Shown here: piece after piece, positions 1 to 9,804 of the stretch
Position numbering within the stretch: position 1 is the stretch's first letter
Layout: every line of letters starts with the position of its first letter
NCBI GenBank assembly: GCA_947441075.1
Contig: CANESK010000001.1
Coordinates: 1-63,009 of the forward strand
Direction of reading: 5' to 3'
DNA length: 63,009 bases
Source: Verrucomicrobia subdivision 6 bacterium
Lineage (GTDB): Bacteria > Verrucomicrobiota > Verrucomicrobiia > Methylacidiphilales > Verrucolacustridaceae
The notes under the pieces: generated by a model
What the model saw: only the letters and a program-made list of their open reading frames with translations
What the model was told of the DNA's origin: nothing
The model's database searches: none
Made by a program: the position numbers and the translations under genes

Positions 1-375
1 ATGCCAAAGACTTTTGAGGGGGCTATGGGGATCTTCCTCTTCGTCCGAGTTGGCGTGGTGTTGAACATGGGTGGCGGCCCAGTGAAGGGCGGGGCCTTGC
101 ATGGCCATGGAACCGCAGATGAGGAGGAAAGTTTTTAGCCAAGGATGAGCTTGAAAACTTTTGTGGGTAAGCATCCGGTGGTAGCCGATAGTGATGCCGT
201 AACCACAAAGGGTGAAAAAGGTAAGAAGGAGAGCGAGATCGACCCAGGTGACATAGGAGTTCCAGAGAAGAACAATCGCGGAGATCACCCCAAAGATGGG
301 GAGCCAGACGAGGGCGAGGAGGATAGTTTTGGTAAGAGGATCGGTTGCTTGAGCGTGGGAGATGGATGAGGACAT
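1..375 (-). CDS. Acyl-CoA/acyl-lipid delta-9 fatty acid desaturase (3' truncated by window edge)
   Basis: Not in the ORF track. Manual translation from ATG at 375 gives MSSSISHAQ..., two TM segments, His boxes GYHRMLTH and HVQHH, and DPHSP, typical of membrane desaturases. The frame stays open to position 1. Confidence 0.9.
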   Translation of the reverse strand, partial: MSSSISHAQATDPLTKTILLALVWLPIFGVISAIVLLWNSYVTWVDLALLLTFFTLCGYGITIGYHRMLTHKSFQAHPWLKTFLLICGSMAMQGPALHWAATHVQHHANSDEEEDPHSPLKSLWH

Positions 376-519
376 CCGAGAAGACTGCGCTATATTTCCT
401 TGAGGGCAAGGCTTAGGAGTAAGTTTCTTTAATATGTGGGAGGTCGCAAAATAAGTGTTGATAGTAAGTGACTTAAGATAAGTTTGTCTGGATTTTATTA
501 TGCTAAGCGGGGGTGGAAT

Positions 520-816
520 CTAGGTGGGACCGCGAGGGGGGTGGCGCATTACGGTGAAGAAAAAGAGGAGTTCGAGAGTGTAGACGGCCAAAAGGACGAT
601 GAGGAAAAAGTCGAAGCGGGCGAGGGGTAGGGAGGTTAATCCGCGAAGGATGCCGTAGGTGGCGAGAGGGATGCCGAGCATTTTTGCGGAGAGGAGGAGG
701 CGGGGGCGGAGTTGGCGATAGCGAGGATGGAGGAAGGAGAAAATCAAGGTCAGGGCGACGGAGCCGATGACTACGAGCAAGAGAAGGACGAGGGTGATTT
801 CTTCGGATTCTTCCAC
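520..816 (-). CDS. Small hypothetical membrane protein (about 3 TM)
   Basis: 98 aa with three hydrophobic stretches, 21 bp downstream of the pfkB-family gene on the same strand. Confidence 0.65.
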   Translation of the reverse strand: MEESEEITLVLLLLVVIGSVALTLIFSFLHPRYRQLRPRLLLSAKMLGIPLATYGILRGLTSLPLARFDFFLIVLLAVYTLELLFFFTVMRHPPRGPT

Positions 817-837
817 GGGGAAGACCTTAGCACGAAA

Positions 838-1743
838 TCAGGGGTGAGGATTAATCAGACGCAAAAGTTCTTGGCGGCGGGTAGCAAGATCTTGAGTGGA
901 GAGAGATTTGAGGCGGTTCAGGCTGAAATCCTCAACGTTGAAGGAGGCTAAAAGGGTTCCCTCGATTACGCCCATTGCGAGGGAAGATAGATTCACCTCT
1001 TTTTGGCCTGCAAGGTAGCCGGTTAGGCCACCTGCAAAAGTATCTCCTGCACCAGTGGGATCGACGACCTGATCGAGGGGGACGGCGGGGGCGGCGAAAG
1101 CGCCATCGGGTCCGATGAGGAAGCAACCGTGTTCGCCCTTTTTGATGGCGACGTAGCGGGGGCCGCGGTCACGGAGCCAGCGAGAGGCGCGGAGGAGATT
1201 GGGTTCGCCCGAGAGGAGGCTGGCCTCGGAGTCGTTGAGGATGAGCATATCGATGCGGGGAAGGAGTTCGAGAAGTCGGGGTTGGGCGATATCGATCCAG
1301 AGGTTCATGGTATCGGCGATGGTGAATTTCGGTTTCTCCATCTGATCGAGAACGAGGTGTTGGAGGTCGGGGGCGATATTCCCGAGTAGAACGAAGGGGA
1401 GTTTTTTGTGAGAGGCGGCGAGTTGGGGTTTGAAATCGGCAAAGACATTGAGATCGGTGGACAGGGTTGTGCGGTTATTCATGTTCTCTTCGTAGCGTCC
1501 GTGCCAGCGGAAGGTTTTGCCTTGGACGACTTGGAGGCCGGTGAGATCAATATTTCGTTTTTCCCAGACGGCGCGGTGGTGCGCTGGAAAATCGTTGCCG
1601 ACGATGCCGATGAGGCTGACGGGGGCGTGGAAGCTAGCGGCGAGTCCTGCGAAAGAGGCGGAGCCGCCAAGGAGATCGGAGCGATCTTCTTTGGGGGTTT
1701 GCACACGGTCGATGCCGACCGATCCGACGACGAGAACGCTCAT
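838..1743 (-). CDS. PfkB-family carbohydrate/nucleoside kinase
   Basis: N-terminal VVGSVGID...GGSA and C-terminal DPTGAGDTFAGG PfkB signature. Start moved to ATG 1743, which overlaps the thiE stop (ATGA). Confidence 0.9.
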   Translation of the reverse strand: MSVLVVGSVGIDRVQTPKEDRSDLLGGSASFAGLAASFHAPVSLIGIVGNDFPAHHRAVWEKRNIDLTGLQVVQGKTFRWHGRYEENMNNRTTLSTDLNVFADFKPQLAASHKKLPFVLLGNIAPDLQHLVLDQMEKPKFTIADTMNLWIDIAQPRLLELLPRIDMLILNDSEASLLSGEPNLLRASRWLRDRGPRYVAIKKGEHGCFLIGPDGAFAAPAVPLDQVVDPTGAGDTFAGGLTGYLAGQKEVNLSSLAMGVIEGTLLASFNVEDFSLNRLKSLSTQDLATRRQELLRLINPHP

Positions 1744-2426
1744 GGGCGAAGAGACTCCTTGAAAGGTGAGCCTGTGCCAAGCCGAGAAAGGACTTCGCCA
1801 GCGGCGGCTGTGGGGTCGGGGGCGAGGAGGAGGTGGGAGACAAGGCAGACGCGGGTGGCGCCGTGCTGGGCTGATTCGGTAACGCGATCGGGGGTAAGAC
1901 CGCCGATACAAAAGAAGGGAAGAGTGACTTGGCGGATGATCTCACGAATTTTGGCGGGGCCGATGGGGGTGTAGTCGGGTTTTGTGCCTGTGGAGAAGAG
2001 GGGACCGAAGCCGAGGTAATCGGGGCCGAGGGCTTGGCCGGCGATGGCTTGGCAGGGGGAGTGGGTGGAAAGGCCGAGGAGAATGGAGGAGCCAAGGAGG
2101 CGACGGGCTTCGGGGATAGGGAGGTCGTCTTGGCCAAGGTGGCAACCGGCGGCGCCAGAGGGAACGACGAGGTCGGGGTGGTCGTTAAGGATGAGGGGGA
2201 GGCCGAGTTGAGCTAGGAGAGGGACGAGAGTGCGGGTGGCGGAGAGGATTTCGTCTTTCGAAAGATTTTTGGCACGAAGTTGGAAAATAGTGGCGCCACC
2301 TTGGGCGAGTTTGAGGGCGAGGTCGGGCCACGCGGAGGGCGCTGCGTAGGTGGAATCGAGAATGGCGTAGAGGCGAGCTTGCTGGAGGGCGGCGTGAGCG
2401 CGGGCGGGATCAAGAACAGGGGACAT
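1740..2426 (-). CDS. thiE: Thiamine-phosphate synthase
   Basis: QLRAK, ILND, GCHLGQDD, GLSTHS, DYLGFGPLFSTGTK and CIGGL motifs. Confidence 0.93.
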   Translation of the reverse strand: MSPVLDPARAHAALQQARLYAILDSTYAAPSAWPDLALKLAQGGATIFQLRAKNLSKDEILSATRTLVPLLAQLGLPLILNDHPDLVVPSGAAGCHLGQDDLPIPEARRLLGSSILLGLSTHSPCQAIAGQALGPDYLGFGPLFSTGTKPDYTPIGPAKIREIIRQVTLPFFCIGGLTPDRVTESAQHGATRVCLVSHLLLAPDPTAAAGEVLSRLGTGSPFKESLRP

Positions 2427-2429
2427 GAA

Positions 2430-3791
2430 TCAGGCGGGAGTCTCGATTTTACGTTCAAAGAAGCGTTCGAGAAAGTTGGTGGAGTATTTGCCTCGACGGA
2501 AGTCTTGATCGCGGACGATTCGTTGGCCGAGGGGGATGGTGGTTTTAACTCCGCGGATAATGGTTTCGTCGAGGGCGCGTTGCATCCGCGCGATGGCGGT
2601 AGCGCGGTCGGGTCCAGAGGCGATGAGTTTGCCGATCATGGAATCGTAGAAGGGGGGTACGGTGTATCCGCCGTAGAGATGGGAATCGAGGCGGATACCA
2701 ATGCCTCCTGGGGGGTAGAAGAGATTGACGGTGCCTGGGCAAGGGCGGAAGTCGTTGGCGGGATCTTCGGCATTGATACGGAATTCGACGGCGTGGCGGA
2801 GGGGTCGGAGATTATCGAACTCCGCACCAAGGCGCTCGCCTGCGGCGATGCGGATCTGTTCGCGAACGAGATCGATACCGTAGACTTCTTCGGTCACGGG
2901 GTGTTCGACTTGGATGCGGGTATTCATTTCGAGGAAGTAGTAGTGGCCAGAGTTATCGACGAGGAACTCCATAGTGCCGGCGTTTTCGTAGTGGACGGCT
3001 TCGGCGAGTTTGATGGCGGCCTTGCCCATCCGTTTGCGCAGATCGTTATCGAGAAGGGGGGAGGGGGATTCTTCGAGAAGTTTTTGGTGGCGGCGTTGGA
3101 TGGAGCAGTCGCGTTCGCCGACGTGAATAATTTTACCGCGTTTGTCACCAAGAATTTGGAATTCGATATGGTGAGGTTCTTCGATAAGTTTTTCGAGGTA
3201 GACGTCGGGGTTGCCGAAGGCTTTTTCTGCTTCCATCCGGGCGGCGAGGAATCCTTTGACGAGGCTGACGTCGTTATGGGCGGGTCGCATGCCTTTGCCG
3301 CCGCCACCAGCGACAGCTTTGATCATCACGGGGTATCCGATTTTTTTTGCGGCTTTGATGGCCTCATGTTCGGTAGAGACGGGGCCATCGCTACCTGGAG
3401 GGATGGGGACGCCGGCCTTGCGGGCATTTTCTCGGGCGAGAGATTTATCTCCCATTTTACGAATAGAATCGGGGGAAGGGCCGATGAAGCGGATGTTACA
3501 GGATTGGCAGACTTCGGCGAAGTGGGCGCTTTCGGACAGAAAGCCGTACCCAGGGTGGATGGCGTCGACATCGCCGACTTCGGCGGCGGAGATGATGCGA
3601 TCGATTTTAAGATAACTTTGTGCGCTGGGTCCTGGGCCGATACAGATGGCTTCGTCGGCGGCTTGGACGTGAAGGGAGTCGTGATCGGGTTCGGAGTAGA
3701 CGGCGAGAGTACGGATGCCGAGGTCTTTGCAGGCGCGAATGACGCGGAGGGCGATCTCGCCTCGGTTGGCGATGAGGATTTTGTTGAACAT
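2430..3791 (-). CDS. accC: Acetyl-CoA carboxylase biotin carboxylase subunit
   Basis: [42 protein letters not shown]; adjacent to accB. Confidence 0.97.
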   Translation of the reverse strand: MFNKILIANRGEIALRVIRACKDLGIRTLAVYSEPDHDSLHVQAADEAICIGPGPSAQSYLKIDRIISAAEVGDVDAIHPGYGFLSESAHFAEVCQSCNIRFIGPSPDSIRKMGDKSLARENARKAGVPIPPGSDGPVSTEHEAIKAAKKIGYPVMIKAVAGGGGKGMRPAHNDVSLVKGFLAARMEAEKAFGNPDVYLEKLIEEPHHIEFQILGDKRGKIIHVGERDCSIQRRHQKLLEESPSPLLDNDLRKRMGKAAIKLAEAVHYENAGTMEFLVDNSGHYYFLEMNTRIQVEHPVTEEVYGIDLVREQIRIAAGERLGAEFDNLRPLRHAVEFRINAEDPANDFRPCPGTVNLFYPPGGIGIRLDSHLYGGYTVPPFYDSMIGKLIASGPDRATAIARMQRALDETIIRGVKTTIPLGQRIVRDQDFRRGKYSTNFLERFFERKIETPA

Positions 3792-3838
3792 GAAAGGAAG
3801 TGGGAGGCAGGGAAGCGGGGCTTCCCGGCTGGGGTGGG

Positions 3839-4306
3839 TTAGGTAGGACGAATGCGGAAGAGTGGTTTACCGAATTCGACCGGTTTTCCGCTTTCGGCAA
3901 GGATTTCGGTGATGGTGCCGGAGAGTTCGGCTTTGATTTCGTTCATGACCTTCATGGCCTCGATGATGCAAACGACCGTTTCGGCGTTGACGACCGTACC
4001 GACATCGACGTAGGCGGGGGAATCGGGGGCTGGGGCGGCATAAAAAGTGCCGACCATGGGGGAGTTTATTGAGGGGAGGAGAACGGGTGCGGGGGCGGGT
4101 GCGGGGGTGGATGGGGCTTGGGGGGATTGGGTTTGGGGGATGGATTGGAGAGAGGGGGCGGATGGGTGGGAGGTGGTAAAGATTTGGGGTTCGCCGTTGG
4201 GGCCACGGCGAATACGGATCTTGGTGCCGTCTTTTTCGTACTCGAACTCGGCGAGGCTATTTTTGCGCATCAGATCGATGACCGCCTTAATCTCTTTAAT
4301 ATCCAT
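3839..4306 (-). CDS. accB: Biotin carboxyl carrier protein
   Basis: [17 protein letters not shown] biotinylation motif and a Pro/Ala linker. Confidence 0.97.
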   Translation of the reverse strand: MDIKEIKAVIDLMRKNSLAEFEYEKDGTKIRIRRGPNGEPQIFTTSHPSAPSLQSIPQTQSPQAPSTPAPAPAPVLLPSINSPMVGTFYAAPAPDSPAYVDVGTVVNAETVVCIIEAMKVMNEIKAELSGTITEILAESGKPVEFGKPLFRIRPT

Positions 4307-4402
4307 AGAACGACAACATTACTGGAAGAAACGGGCGGAAATCAAAAAGAAAATACTTTATCATTAAAGTATCCTGTAAACTGAGGGCTTAGGTTAGGTC
4401 AG

Positions 4403-4439
4403 CGTGCTCGCAGCATGCTGCGAGCATGCTGCGAGCACG
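4403..4439. repeat. Nested palindrome / tandem 11-mer
   Basis: Perfect 22-bp palindrome tgctcgcagcatgctgcgagca (4405-4426), agcatgctgcg twice in tandem (4412-4433), and an alternative 13-bp inverted repeat 4403-4415/4427-4439. Confidence 0.85.
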
Positions 4440-4462
4440 GGGGGGTGGGGTGGGGGTGGGGG
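4439..4462 (+). other. Putative G-quadruplex-forming sequence
   Basis: G7-T-G4-T-G5-T-G5: four G-tracts with single-T loops, immediately past the holB stop. Confidence 0.6.
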
Positions 4463-5320
4463 CTAGAGGAGGCCGGCGATGCGGAGGCAGGAGACTTCGA
4501 TAGCGAGGGTTTGATCTACGTTGCGAGAGAGAGCTGAGCGGAGTTTTTCTAAGGCGTCCACTTCACGGACGATATCAGGTTGGAGGGTGGACTCTGCTCG
4601 GGCCCAAGCCCCGCGGATGAGATGGGCGATGACATCTTCCCGAACACGGACGAGCTGACCCGCAGTCGAGGCAGTATGGGCTAACTCATTTTCATCGCTT
4701 GCTTCATCGTTCAATTCAGAAGCTTCGGCGCTAAGACGATCGCGGGTGGCAAGAAGGAACGATTGGAGGAGGGATGCGCGGCGATAGGCATCCAGAGCGT
4801 TGGGTTGAGCGGTTTGAGTCCAACGGCCAGCTAACTCTTCCAGCCCCGGAATGGGATCTGGATGCTGGCTGGGAATGATGGGAAAAGTTAGGCAGCGAGA
4901 ACGGACGGTAGATAAAAGTTGTTCGGGACGATCAGAAGTAAGGATAAGAAGGGTGTGGTCCGGCGGTTCCTCGAGTGTTTTAAGGAAAGCGTTGGCTGCT
5001 TCCGCTGGTGGAATGCACATGCGCTCTGCCTCAAGAATGAGAGCGACTTTGAGGGGGGCACGATGGGGGCGACGAGATAGGGAGTGTTCCAGCTGGCGGA
5101 CCTGGGCGATGGAGACGCGACGCGATTTTGATTCAGGACGGAGGACAAAAAAATCGGGGTGGTCCTCGAGGTCGGCATCGAGAAGATTGGCGGCGAGCCC
5201 ACGGGCGAGGGACTCGAGTTCGGCGGGCGGTGCGCCCGTGAGAAGGTGGGCGTGAGCGAGGCGGCCTTCTTTGGAGGCAGCCTGAAAAACCTCTTCAACG
5301 CGGGAGGGTGGAAAAGGCAT
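4463..5320 (-). CDS. holB: DNA polymerase III delta' subunit
   Basis: GRLAHAHLLTG, HPDFF, AANAFLKTLEEPP, TVRSRC; downstream of tmk as usual. Start taken at ATG 5320. Confidence 0.9.
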   Translation of the reverse strand: MPFPPSRVEEVFQAASKEGRLAHAHLLTGAPPAELESLARGLAANLLDADLEDHPDFFVLRPESKSRRVSIAQVRQLEHSLSRRPHRAPLKVALILEAERMCIPPAEAANAFLKTLEEPPDHTLLILTSDRPEQLLSTVRSRCLTFPIIPSQHPDPIPGLEELAGRWTQTAQPNALDAYRRASLLQSFLLATRDRLSAEASELNDEASDENELAHTASTAGQLVRVREDVIAHLIRGAWARAESTLQPDIVREVDALEKLRSALSRNVDQTLAIEVSCLRIAGLL

Positions 5321-5948
5321 GGCGCAGCTCCTTTTGGATGCGGGCAAAGGTTTCCTCGCGGGAGCCAGAAGCGTCGATGAGTTTGACCCGTTGGGGTTCC
5401 CGCTGGGCAAGAGCACGATATCCGTCGGCAACTTTCTTATAGAAACCGAGGTCGAGGTCTTCGATCCGATCTTTTTGGCCGGTGGGGCGAGGGCGGCGGA
5501 GAGCGCGGCTACGGGCTTCGGCGGGGTCGAGATCGAGGATGAGGGTAAGATCTGGTTCGCGGTGGGCGATGGCGAAATGGTTGATAAAGTTAACTGCTTC
5601 GATGGGGAGTCCGCGGGCATTACCTTGGAAGACGGTGGTGGAGTCGTGAAAGCGGTCGGCAATGATCCATTCTCCTCGGGCGAGGGCAGGGTGAATGAGT
5701 TGGCGAACAAGTTCGGCGCGGCTCGCAGCAAAAAGAAGGAGTTCGGTTTCGGCGGTCATGGACTGTCCGACGGGATCGTGTTTGAGGAGGTGGCGGATGG
5801 ATTCGCCGACTGGGGTACCACCGGGTTCACGGACTTCGTGAATGGTGAGGTTGGTGGCGCGAAGCCAGGTGAGTGTGGAGGCTATTTGGGTACTTTTACC
5901 GCACCCTTCGCACCCTTCAAAAGTAATGAAACGACCTGGGGAGGTCAT
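5295..5948 (-). CDS. tmk: Thymidylate kinase
   Basis: [29 protein letters not shown] and DRF motifs. Confidence 0.96.
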   Translation of the reverse strand: MTSPGRFITFEGCEGCGKSTQIASTLTWLRATNLTIHEVREPGGTPVGESIRHLLKHDPVGQSMTAETELLLFAASRAELVRQLIHPALARGEWIIADRFHDSTTVFQGNARGLPIEAVNFINHFAIAHREPDLTLILDLDPAEARSRALRRPRPTGQKDRIEDLDLGFYKKVADGYRALAQREPQRVKLIDASGSREETFARIQKELRHAFSTLPR

Positions 5949-6424
5949 TCGGGAACGTCGAGGGCGGCGACGGCGAGGGCGGCAATGCCATCTCCCCGAC
6001 CAATGAAGCCAAGCTTTTCGTTGGTGGTGGCTTTGATGTTAACTCGATCGACAGACAGCCCAAGGGCGGCGGCAATCTTCACGCACATGGCGGGAAAGTG
6101 GGGGAGAAGTTTTGGGGCTTCGGCGAGAAGAGTGGCATCGACATTAAGAATGGTGGCCTTTTTTTCTTTGGCGAGGCGGGCGGATTCGGCCAAGAAAAGA
6201 GTGCTGGCGACATTTTTCCATTTTGGGTCGGTGTTGGGAAAGTGGGCTCCGATATCTCCTGCGCCGAGGGCACCGAGGACGGCATCGGTTAGAGCGTGAA
6301 GAAGAACATCTGCGTCGGAGTGGCCTTCGAGCCCACGTTCGTAGGGAATGGTGACGGCACCGAGGACGAGGGGACGCCCCGCGACCAGAGGATGAACATC
6401 ATAACCAAAGCCAACGCGCAACAT
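5945..6424 (-). CDS. ispF: 2-C-methyl-D-erythritol 2,4-cyclodiphosphate synthase
   Basis: [41 protein letters not shown]. Start taken at ATG 6424. Confidence 0.96.
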   Translation of the reverse strand: MLRVGFGYDVHPLVAGRPLVLGAVTIPYERGLEGHSDADVLLHALTDAVLGALGAGDIGAHFPNTDPKWKNVASTLFLAESARLAKEKKATILNVDATLLAEAPKLLPHFPAMCVKIAAALGLSVDRVNIKATTNEKLGFIGRGDGIAALAVAALDVPE

Positions 6425-6528
6425 GAGGAGAGAATGTCGCGAGAATTGGCGCACGCCAACGGTTTTCGTGAAAGTTCTTCGCAGGACGGGTCATGGACAA
6501 GTGGAAAAAAGAGGAATAGGGTATATCC

Positions 6529-6882
6529 ATGAATATCCATATTACGCCTCGGCATCTTCCCTTGACTGATGGGATCGATATGTATGTGCACAACAAACTT
6601 TCGCATTTGGACCATTTCGAAAGTCGGATTCTAGGTGCACACGTTGTTCTCTGGCATGATCGTAGTGCGCCACCCAAACAGCAGTATCGGGTGAAGGTGC
6701 ACTTGGCGGTTCCTGGACCGGATATTTTTGCGGAGGCAGGGGAGGCGGATCTTTATGCAGCCATTGATAAGGCGGAGGAAAAATTAAGCAGCGAGTTACG
6801 GAAGCGGAAAACGAAGTTGGTGGATCGGAAACGCCACGTGGAGGCGCGTCGCAAGGAGAAGGCGCGGAGGTTTGGAAGATAG
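6529..6882 (+). CDS. hpf: Ribosome hibernation promoting factor (HPF/RaiA family, short form)
   Basis: MNIHITPRHLPLTD...YVHNKL and DLYAAID motifs; basic C-terminal tail. Confidence 0.88.
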   Translation: MNIHITPRHLPLTDGIDMYVHNKLSHLDHFESRILGAHVVLWHDRSAPPKQQYRVKVHLAVPGPDIFAEAGEADLYAAIDKAEEKLSSELRKRKTKLVDRKRHVEARRKEKARRFGR

Positions 6883-6968
6883 TCAAATCGGACTGTTTTT
6901 GCCCTAAAATGGGTCGGTTCGATCAGGTATTGTTCGGGTTTCTGTTTGGGATGAGATAGAAAGAGGGA

Positions 6969-7646
6969 ATGAGAGATCTAGCTTACTGGACGGTGGTAGG
7001 TTTTTTACGTGGGATTCTTTCCTTGGTCTGCCGGATAGAGGTGAGTGGGACGCGGGAGGTCCCTGCGGGTCCTTGGATTTTAGCCAGCAATCACTTGAGT
7101 CACTTTGATCCGCCACTTTTGGCGAGTGCTTTTAATCGGCCGATTGATTTCTTGGCGATGCGGGAACTGTTTCAGCCTGCGTGGTTTGGGTTCCTAATGG
7201 AAAAATGTCACGTGATCCCGATTTCTCGAGAGCGGGTAGACACGAAGGCGTTTAAGATCGCTCTTGATCGGCTGAAGACAGGGCGGATCGTGGGGATATT
7301 TCCGGAGGGAGGATTGCGTGCAGGAAAGACTTCGGTGCTGGAGGGAGCAGAGTTAACTGAGGGATTTTCACTTTTGGCAATGAGATCGGGTTGTGCGGTT
7401 CGGCCGGTGGTGTTGGTGGGAAGCGATCAGCTTTATGTGGCAAGAAACTGGTTCCATCGACCCCGAGTGGTGGTAGCGGTGGGGGAGCCGATTCCTGCGC
7501 CGCGGGCTAGGGAGGATCGGAGGGAGTGGGCGGAGAAGTTGGCTGAAGCGATGCGGGCTTTGTACGTGGATGTCAAAAAAAGGTATGCTTTGGAAACGGT
7601 GGTCTTACCCAAAACACCACAGGAACGGTGGAGGGACGGTAAATGA
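6969..7646 (+). CDS. Lysophospholipid acyltransferase (PlsC family)
   Basis: SNHLSHFDP (HX4D) and IFPEG motifs. Confidence 0.9.
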   Translation: MRDLAYWTVVGFLRGILSLVCRIEVSGTREVPAGPWILASNHLSHFDPPLLASAFNRPIDFLAMRELFQPAWFGFLMEKCHVIPISRERVDTKAFKIALDRLKTGRIVGIFPEGGLRAGKTSVLEGAELTEGFSLLAMRSGCAVRPVVLVGSDQLYVARNWFHRPRVVVAVGEPIPAPRAREDRREWAEKLAEAMRALYVDVKKRYALETVVLPKTPQERWRDGK

Positions 7647-8638
7647 TGAGGGGCTTGCACGCGGCTCAATCGCGAGCGGTGGATATGGGGACGTTCTTCG
7701 GAATTGGGCTTTGGCAGTTGCTGGGGCGGGCGGGTCGGCATGGGGTGAAGGAGTGGGATAGGTACGTGGAGGAGTGGCTTGGGAAAGGTGGGGAGGAGTT
7801 TTACCGAGTTCCGGAGAATCTTCCTGTGGGGTTGAGGGAGGGGCGGGTGGATTTTTCTTCGCCCGTGGTGACTGATCGGGAGGAGAACAATCGATTCCAT
7901 TTGCGGGTATGGCCTGGTCCGAAAGGAATGAAATCTCCTGCGATGGTTATGTTGCACTCCCTTTTTTCCGCAAGCGACGTGGGGTATGCCCACTGGGCGG
8001 GTGTTTTAAATCGCCTAGGGTGGACGGCGGTTTTTTATGATTTGCCGTACCATTTTCGGAGGCGTCCAAAGGGAACATGGAGCGGGGAGCTGGTTTTTGG
8101 AGGGAATTTGATTCGGAGTGCGGAGGCGATTCGGCAATCGGTCACTGAGGTGCGGATGGTGACGAGGATGCTGAAAGCGGCGGGGGCACCTGAGGTGGGG
8201 CTGTGGGGGATGAGTTTGGGTGGGTGGGTAGGTGGGTTGGTGTTGTGTCATGAACCGGAGTTGGCTTGCGGTTGGTTGGTGCAACCGATTCCGGATGTGG
8301 CGACGGCGATATGGGATTCGGAGGGTGGGTGGGTTTTACGAAGGCAGATGGAGCAGAGGGGATTTGATCGGGAGCGAGCGGAACGACTTTTCCCGCTGGT
8401 CTGTCCTTCGCATGGGAAACTTCGGCTGGCGGCGAATCGGGTTTTGATTGTGGGGGGAACCTATGATTCGGTGGCGCCGCCGATGAAGTTGCGGAGGTTG
8501 GCGGAGGGATGGGGTGGAGCACACTATCGGGAGGTAGCGCAGGGCCATATTGGGTATCAGGCGATGCCGAATAGCTGGCGGTGGGGCAGGGAACTGATGC
8601 CCGAACTCTTTGTAGGTGAGGGGGTGAGGAAGTTTTGA
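7643..8638 (+). CDS. Alpha/beta hydrolase, ABHD18/DUF2048-like
   Basis: Nucleophile elbow GMSLGG, candidate catalytic Asp (YDSV) and His (QGHI), and LPYHFRRRP motif. Start overlaps the acyltransferase stop. Confidence 0.8.
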   Translation: MMRGLHAAQSRAVDMGTFFGIGLWQLLGRAGRHGVKEWDRYVEEWLGKGGEEFYRVPENLPVGLREGRVDFSSPVVTDREENNRFHLRVWPGPKGMKSPAMVMLHSLFSASDVGYAHWAGVLNRLGWTAVFYDLPYHFRRRPKGTWSGELVFGGNLIRSAEAIRQSVTEVRMVTRMLKAAGAPEVGLWGMSLGGWVGGLVLCHEPELACGWLVQPIPDVATAIWDSEGGWVLRRQMEQRGFDRERAERLFPLVCPSHGKLRLAANRVLIVGGTYDSVAPPMKLRRLAEGWGGAHYREVAQGHIGYQAMPNSWRWGRELMPELFVGEGVRKF

Positions 8639-8731
8639 AGTAGGAATTGAAAAGCTAGAGAAACATGGCATAGTGATTTGATTGAGATTCCGACCACGAC
8701 AGGTTGGATCAAAAAAAGGAGCCAAAACAGC

Positions 8732-9802
8732 ATGGCATCGTCAGGAGCAAAAAAGGTTCGTTCGAAGGAGAAGCCGGGCAACTCGCCCGCGATGTTGCCT
8801 ACCCTGACCCCTTCGGAGAGGGTGGATCTCCTGCGCAAGATGGTGTTGATCCGAAGGTTTGAGCAGAAGGCGGCCCAGGCTTTCATGCAGGCAAAGATCC
8901 GCGGGTTTTGTCACTTGTATATCGGGCAGGAGGCGGTGGCGGTGGGATCGATTTCCACACTTCATCCGACGGATGCGGTGATTACCGCTTACCGAGATCA
9001 CGGGCATGCTTTAGCGCGGGGGATGAGTTCTCGGGAGTGTATGGCGGAACTTTTTGGGAAGATCACGGGTTGTTCGCGGGGTAAGGGTGGCTCAATGCAT
9101 TTCTTTAGTAAGGAGAAGCATTTTCACGGTGGACACGGAATTGTGGGGGGTCAGACCCCATTGGCGGCGGGGATTGCCTTTGCGCAGAAATACAATGGAA
9201 CGGGGGAGGTAACGGTTTGTTATTTGGGCGATGGAGCGGTGAATCAGGGAGCGTTCCACGAAGCTTTGAATTTGGCGGCCTTGTGGAAGCTACCGGTGAT
9301 TTATGTGATTGAGAACAATGAGTATTCGATGGGCACCCATCAGTCGCGCAGTTCAGCGGGATATCCTTTGGTGAAGCGTGCGGATGGATATGACATGGCG
9401 GGGATCACGGCAAATGGGAACGATGTGGATGATGTCAGGGAGAAGATGTGGGATGCGGTGCAGTTAGCACGGACGGAGAGTCTTCCCTCGCTGGTGGAAA
9501 TTAAGACTTATCGGTATCGGGGTCATTCGATGTCGGATCCTGGAAATTATCGGACGAAGGAGGAGATTGCGGAGCGGAAAAAAGAGTCGGAGCCGATTTC
9601 GATGTTTAAAGAGCGGTTGTACAAGGAGAAGGTTTTGACGGAAAAGGAGTATGAGGAGATTGAGCGGCAGTCGGTAGCGGAAGCGGAGGATGCGATTGCC
9701 TTTGCGGAAGCCTCGGCTGAGCCTGAGGTGGCGACGGTTTTCGAAGATATCCATGCGCCGGAGGATCAGATTGCGGAATTCCGTCCGCCGATTGGGAGCT
9801 AG
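8732..9802 (+). CDS. pdhA: Pyruvate dehydrogenase E1 alpha
   Basis: GFCHLYIGQEA, GKGGSMH, GDGAVNQG and YRYRGHSMSDP. Confidence 0.95.
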   Translation: MASSGAKKVRSKEKPGNSPAMLPTLTPSERVDLLRKMVLIRRFEQKAAQAFMQAKIRGFCHLYIGQEAVAVGSISTLHPTDAVITAYRDHGHALARGMSSRECMAELFGKITGCSRGKGGSMHFFSKEKHFHGGHGIVGGQTPLAAGIAFAQKYNGTGEVTVCYLGDGAVNQGAFHEALNLAALWKLPVIYVIENNEYSMGTHQSRSSAGYPLVKRADGYDMAGITANGNDVDDVREKMWDAVQLARTESLPSLVEIKTYRYRGHSMSDPGNYRTKEEIAERKKESEPISMFKERLYKEKVLTEKEYEEIERQSVAEAEDAIAFAEASAEPEVATVFEDIHAPEDQIAEFRPPIGS

Positions 9803-9804
9803 CC

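Noticed and set aside
23-409. ORF-track entries 23..409(-) and 145..369(+)
   Set aside because: Wrong frames. The real gene is the desaturase in the third minus frame, running off the window edge.
418-510. Repeated taag(t) words resembling iterons or CRISPR repeats
   Set aside because: Too short and irregularly spaced; consistent with an ordinary AT-rich regulatory region.
2427-2429. TPP riboswitch for thiE
   Set aside because: thiE starts 3 bp after accC, leaving no room for a leader.
2280-3842. 520-aa plus-strand ORF
   Set aside because: Antisense shadow of accC with no recognisable motifs. The strong codon bias yields many long antisense ORFs, for example 5319-6299.
4463-5731. Long N-terminal extensions in the ORF track (holB, pfkB, uvrC, CDF, epimerase, aroE)
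   Set aside because: The extensions overlap neighbouring genes and lack family motifs; downstream starts were chosen.
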